From: an uncultured Anaerolineales bacterium
GTDB taxonomy: Bacteria; Chloroflexota; Anaerolineae; Anaerolineales; E44-bin32
Assembly (NCBI GenBank): GCA_965363875.1
Contig: CBDTTY010000002.1
Span: forward strand, 1-40,695
Reading direction: 5' to 3'
Length of the DNA: 40,695 nucleotides
Made by a program: the position numbers and the translations under genes. A model generated the notes under the pieces. That model ran no database searches and had not been told where the DNA came from. It was given only the letters and a program-made list of their open reading frames with translations. Shown here piece by piece: positions 36,782 to 40,695 of this stretch. Position 1 is the first letter of the stretch; each line of letters opens with the position of its first letter.

Positions 36782-36868
36782 GTTCATGGCAAGAAGCATC
36801 CTTCGGATCGAAGAACGAGATGCTCCGATAGTAGGTTACCTTTCCAAAGTCTTTGGAGGAGAGTTAAC

Positions 36869-37567
36869 CTAATCCATATCGTCAGGGATGAGATTGTATG
36901 TCATTGCCAGTTGATGAATTTCACCGGTGGAAAAAGACTTATGACGTTCTAATCGCCTGATGGTTGACTTGAGCTTCTTACGATGAGAAGCCGGGATGGG
37001 TGAACCATCCAAGTCGAGGGTTGCTTCATCGGCGATAAACACCAGGAGAGGGTTAACGGGTATTTCGGAACAATTGGGTAGCTTTTTGGTTAGCGTTCGC
37101 TTCAGCGCCTTCGTTTCCCGTGCGGCGTTTCGCTCAAGATCTTTAAGTGGTTTTTGGCTCCGACCGAATCTACGCTTACCAAGTTTGAGAATCCACTGGT
37201 CTGATTCGTATCGAACCTCGCCCTTTTCATCTCTGGGTAAAAGCGCGAATACACCTGCAGGTGTGAACAGAGCGTGATTAGCGCCTAGGTAATAGTGAAA
37301 CATAGTGTAGTTGTCGCCCAGACCCTTGAGCGAATCGTCAAGGACCTCGTCTATTCGGGGACTGCGACCGAAACGATTGTATACAGCTGTGCCAAGTTGC
37401 GAGAAGAGACCGCCCGCTAGCATTAAACCAAAGGCGAGAGAAAGAAGCGTTGGCTGGAGGAAGACGATGATCACCGCCGCGAATGATGCCCCCAACCCGC
37501 CAAACATCATTAATCTCCCCAAGAATTTATTCCGCTTGATAAGACTTTCGTTGCGATATAGCCGCAT
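36869..37567 (-). CDS. membrane protein with NERD-like (nuclease-related) domain
   Basis: 232 aa with two N-terminal TM helices. LKGLGDNYTMFHYYLGANHALFTPAGVFALLPRDEKGEV resembles the NERD core (xDHxlixxxGxfxxExK), although the Asp position is Asn here. The ATG directly abuts the fabF stop (TAAATG). Confidence 0.5.
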   Translation of the reverse strand: MRLYRNESLIKRNKFLGRLMMFGGLGASFAAVIIVFLQPTLLSLAFGLMLAGGLFSQLGTAVYNRFGRSPRIDEVLDDSLKGLGDNYTMFHYYLGANHALFTPAGVFALLPRDEKGEVRYESDQWILKLGKRRFGRSQKPLKDLERNAARETKALKRTLTKKLPNCSEIPVNPLLVFIADEATLDLDGSPIPASHRKKLKSTIRRLERHKSFSTGEIHQLAMTYNLIPDDMD

Positions 37568-38830
37568 TTAATGCTCCCAGCGCTTAAGTACGAGACAGGC
37601 ATTTTGTCCCCCAAGGCCGAAAGAGTTGGAGAGAATTGTATTCACCTGAATCTGCCTGGCCTCGTTCGGCACGTAATCGAGATCTAATTCGGGATCCGGG
37701 TTTTCGTAATTTATCGTTGGGTGGATTGCGCCGTTTTTCAGGGTCAATGCACACGCGATCGCTTCGATCGCGCCCGAGGCGCCCATCGCATGGCCGACCA
37801 TTGATTTCGTTGAGGAGATGGGGATCTGGTATGCATGGTCACCGAAGAGCTTCTTGATTGCGGTGGTTTCTGTAGCGTCATTTGCCGGAGTGGAAGTTCC
37901 GTGGGCGTTGATGTAATCAATTTCCTCAGGATGGACAGCTGCGTTCTGCAGCGCAAGGTTCATCGCCCTCACCGCGCCATCTCCGCCGGGATCGGGCGCG
38001 GCGATATGAAAGGCATCGCTTGATGAAGCATATCCAGCGACCTCGGCGTAGATGTTTGCCCCACGGCTTTTCGCGTGCTCGAGCGACTCGAGAATTAGAC
38101 ATGCCGACCCCTCTGAATACACAAAGCCCTCTCGTTTCGCATCGAAAGGTCGCGAGGCGAGTTCCGGCGAGTCGTTAAAGCTCGTAGGGATAGCACGCAT
38201 GATGGAAAAACCACCGATCATGAAATCACTTATGAGCGCATCAGTTGCTCCGGCGATTATGACATCTGCCCATCCGTTTCGGATCGCCTGTGCCGCTTCA
38301 CCAATAGTTTGTGTTCCTGTGGCACAGGCGGTTGTGATGGTGATATTAGGTCCATGCGCCCCGAAATGTTTAGCAACATGGAATGCGGGCATGTTTGTAA
38401 GAGTGGAGGGAAGAATGAATGGGTTAACCCTGGATAGTCCCTTCTCTCGAAGCTCAAAGATTCCTTTTGTACCTCGATCCCACCCTCCAATGGCCGTACC
38501 AAAGTAAACGCCCACACGCTCGGGTTGTGCACTCTTTTGGGGAAGAGCTGCGTCATCCATGGCTTTAATCGCAGCAGTCAAGCCAATCTGAGAACATCTC
38601 GACATCCGACGAGCTTCTTTCGCTGGAATAAATTGAGAAGGATCAAAATCGGGGATCTCACCCGCTATTTGGCAGGGCATGTCACTGGAATCGAATTGTG
38701 TGATTCTCCGTACCCCAGACTTACCTTGCAGGATGGAATTCCAGAAGGTCTCTTTGTCAGATCCCAGGCATGTGACCAACCCTATACCGGTGACCACAAC
38801 GGTGTTGCTGGTCTTTAGGTTGTTATCCAA
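37568..38830 (-). CDS. fabF: beta-ketoacyl-ACP synthase II
   Basis: VVVTGIGLVT, active-site ITTACATGTQ, INAHGTSTP and KSMVGHAMGASG. Confidence 0.95.
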   Translation of the reverse strand: MDNNLKTSNTVVVTGIGLVTCLGSDKETFWNSILQGKSGVRRITQFDSSDMPCQIAGEIPDFDPSQFIPAKEARRMSRCSQIGLTAAIKAMDDAALPQKSAQPERVGVYFGTAIGGWDRGTKGIFELREKGLSRVNPFILPSTLTNMPAFHVAKHFGAHGPNITITTACATGTQTIGEAAQAIRNGWADVIIAGATDALISDFMIGGFSIMRAIPTSFNDSPELASRPFDAKREGFVYSEGSACLILESLEHAKSRGANIYAEVAGYASSSDAFHIAAPDPGGDGAVRAMNLALQNAAVHPEEIDYINAHGTSTPANDATETTAIKKLFGDHAYQIPISSTKSMVGHAMGASGAIEAIACALTLKNGAIHPTINYENPDPELDLDYVPNEARQIQVNTILSNSFGLGGQNACLVLKRWEH

Positions 38831-38841
38831 GAGACGCTCTC

Positions 38842-39843
38842 CTATTTAGCAGCTAATCGTTCTTTGATCGCTGACTGTGTTGCTTCTAACACGTCACCTT
38901 CGACCGCCTGACGGGCAACGCGGATGGCATTGACAAGCGCCTTGGTATTAGATCGTCCATGACCAATAAAGACGAGACCGTTTACACCCAGAAGCGGGGC
39001 TGCGCCATATTCCGATGGATCAAGAAGCTTGCGCACATGCGAAAAGGCGGGTTTAGCGAGCAGGCCTCCGATAGAGGAAATGGTGCTGGAACGGATTTGA
39101 TCACGGATGATGTCAATCAGGAACTTGCTAACAGCCTCACTAGATTTAATAAACACATTCCCGTCGAAACCATCAGAGATTACTACATCTGCATTCCCGG
39201 CGAAGATTTCTTTCGGTTCGATGTTGCCGATGAAATTCATGCCAGAAGCCTCCAGGAGCGGGTAGGTGTCCTTGACAAGCATGTTGCCTTTCCCTGGCTC
39301 CTCGCCGTTTGATAGCAATCCAATTCGCGGGGATTTCTTGTCGAACGCTTGAGAGACCCATACCGCTCCCATCACGGCGAATTGAAACAAGTACTCCGGC
39401 CGGCAGTCTGTGTTCGCGCCAATATCGAGCATCACAGCAGAACCATCCTGAACGGGAAAGGTTGCGGCGAGTGCTGGGCGTTTAACTCCACGGATCCGGC
39501 CAAGCCGGAATAGAGCATTTGCCATTGCTCCGCCGGTGTTGCCTGCGGTGACGAACGCATCGGCTTTTCCCTCTTTGAGGAGCTCCATGCCGACAGCCAT
39601 CGAAGTTTCTGCTTTTCCGCGGGCAGTTTTGGCTGGTTTGTCCGTCATCTTCAGGACTTCGGGGGCGTGGACGATCTCCACTGCGTTCGGGTCACCGCCA
39701 ATATCGGCGATGAGAGCCTCTAATTCGGCTTTTGGACCGACGAGTAAGATCCGGTCACCCCAGAGTTTATAAGCTTCGAGCGCGGCATGCGCTTCCGGAC
39801 CAGGGTGTGTGTCGCTTCCCATCGCATCAAGGACTATTCGCAT
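38842..39843 (-). CDS. plsX: phosphate acyltransferase PlsX
   Basis: MRIVLDAMGSD, FVTAGNTGG and GLLSNGEEPGKGN. The fabF start lies 11 nt downstream of its stop. Confidence 0.95.
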   Translation of the reverse strand: MRIVLDAMGSDTHPGPEAHAALEAYKLWGDRILLVGPKAELEALIADIGGDPNAVEIVHAPEVLKMTDKPAKTARGKAETSMAVGMELLKEGKADAFVTAGNTGGAMANALFRLGRIRGVKRPALAATFPVQDGSAVMLDIGANTDCRPEYLFQFAVMGAVWVSQAFDKKSPRIGLLSNGEEPGKGNMLVKDTYPLLEASGMNFIGNIEPKEIFAGNADVVISDGFDGNVFIKSSEAVSKFLIDIIRDQIRSSTISSIGGLLAKPAFSHVRKLLDPSEYGAAPLLGVNGLVFIGHGRSNTKALVNAIRVARQAVEGDVLEATQSAIKERLAAK

Positions 39844-39951
39844 CGCAACTTGCTCCTTGCTAACCCTGGAACAGGGTCAGATCCATCGCTAAGAAATTGA
39901 AGCCCCTTTGTGTATCTTGGATCGCATTACCTATAACCGCAGCTATAAAGT

Positions 39952-39979
39952 TTGACATTCATAGTGTGTGGGCTATAAT
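39952..39979 (+). promoter_or_regulatory. consensus sigma70 promoter TTGACA-N16-TATAAT for tRNA-Leu
   Basis: TTGACA at 39952-39957 and TATAAT at 39974-39979. The tRNA 5' end is 22 nt downstream of the -10. Confidence 0.6.
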
Positions 39980-40000
39980 ACCGCGGTTCCAACCAAAATC

Positions 40001-40082
40001 GCGCTGGTGCTGGAATTGGCAGACAGGCATGGTTGAGGATCATGTGCCGCAAGGCGTGCGGGTTCAAGTCCCGCCCAGCGCA
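40001..40082 (+). tRNA. tRNA-Leu (anticodon GAG), class II with long variable arm, CCA not encoded
   Basis: Hand fold: acceptor GCGCTGG/CCAGCGC, D stem CTG/CAG with a GG loop, anticodon stem CATGG/TCATG, loop TTGAGGA (anticodon GAG), variable arm TGCCGCAAGGCGT, T arm GCGGG-TTCAAGT-CCCGC, discriminator A. The 3' flank is CTA. Confidence 0.93.
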
Positions 40083-40089
40083 CTAATGA

Positions 40090-40111
40090 AAGGTCGCCAT
40101 TGGGCGGCCTT
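40090..40111 (+). terminator. possible terminator hairpin after tRNA-Leu
   Basis: AAGGTCGCC-ATTG-GGCGGCCTT forms a 9-bp stem with one G-T pair, followed by CTTGAGTT (weak T-tract). Confidence 0.35.
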
Positions 40112-40272
40112 CTTGAGTTAATTGGATAGGGGACACTATTTTTAGCGCCTGCGTCAGTGCATTCTCGATAAGAGACAAATACGAAATAGCTCGCCAGGAA
40201 AGTGAGGGAGCCGTCCAACAAGGTTCGATTCCAAGCCAGAGATGCCTTGAGCGATCTCCTGACCATCGGAAA

Positions 40273-40695
<423 letters not shown>

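Noticed and set aside
36560-36952. ORFs 36560-36799 (minus) and 36566-36952 (plus) in the gap after the SPFH gene.
   Set aside because: Both are read through the hairpin repeats (SFRGAKRRE and VILRSRATKNL peptides), overlap each other, lack an RBS, and the plus ORF runs antisense into the NERD gene. I treat them as repeat-translation artefacts.
40219-40243. T-loop-like GGTTCGATTCC downstream of tRNA-Leu, suggesting a second tRNA or an att-site duplication.
   Set aside because: The flanking T-stem pairs at only 3 of 5 positions. No matching acceptor 5' arm exists about 65 nt upstream. The segment does not match the tRNA-Leu 3' end. No integrase or mobile genes are nearby.

Overview
A 40.7-kb chromosomal window with about 40 protein genes and one tRNA. 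I found no rRNA, CRISPR array, transposase, integrase or phage genes. The gene style suggests a Chloroflexota (Anaerolineae-like) genome, which is inference only. That style includes many Hanks kinase/FHA/PP2C genes, frequent GTG/TTG starts, 4-nt start/stop overlaps, near-leaderless promoters and a cluster of short hairpin repeats. Recognisable housekeeping genes are a class-III aminotransferase (partial), fadD, ftsH, a DAG-kinase-family lipid kinase, type-2 IPP isomerase plus polyprenyl synthase, acpP, UDP-xylose synthase plus GtrA, scpB-rluB, sucCD, rsmD, class-II aldolase plus NUDIX, plsX-fabF, tRNA-Leu(GAG) and a partial amino-acid ABC ATPase. The most system-like unexplained locus is a co-oriented minus-strand operon at about 8.7-15.4 kb. 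It encodes a cytoplasmic PQQ-propeller Ser/Thr kinase, PP2C, a J-domain/vWA fusion, a zinc-ribbon FHA protein, an 80-aa unknown protein, an OmpR-type regulator and a NarL-type regulator, with no histidine kinase anywhere in the window. Other candidates are: (1) a TTGA-overlapped trio of beta-flower-like protein, hotdog thioesterase and orphan ChlI-like AAA+ ATPase (17.9-20.0 kb); (2) a coiled-coil protein plus an SPFH protein fused to an excisionase-type HTH (34.8-36.4 kb); (3) a NERD-like membrane protein translationally abutted to plsX-fabF (36.9-39.8 kb), next to an inverted/direct hairpin-repeat cluster (36.56-36.83 kb); (4) a GT-C-like membrane protein fused to a six-blade NHL propeller (25.3-28.8 kb). 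All family calls rest on motifs I read in the translations. No database search was run.
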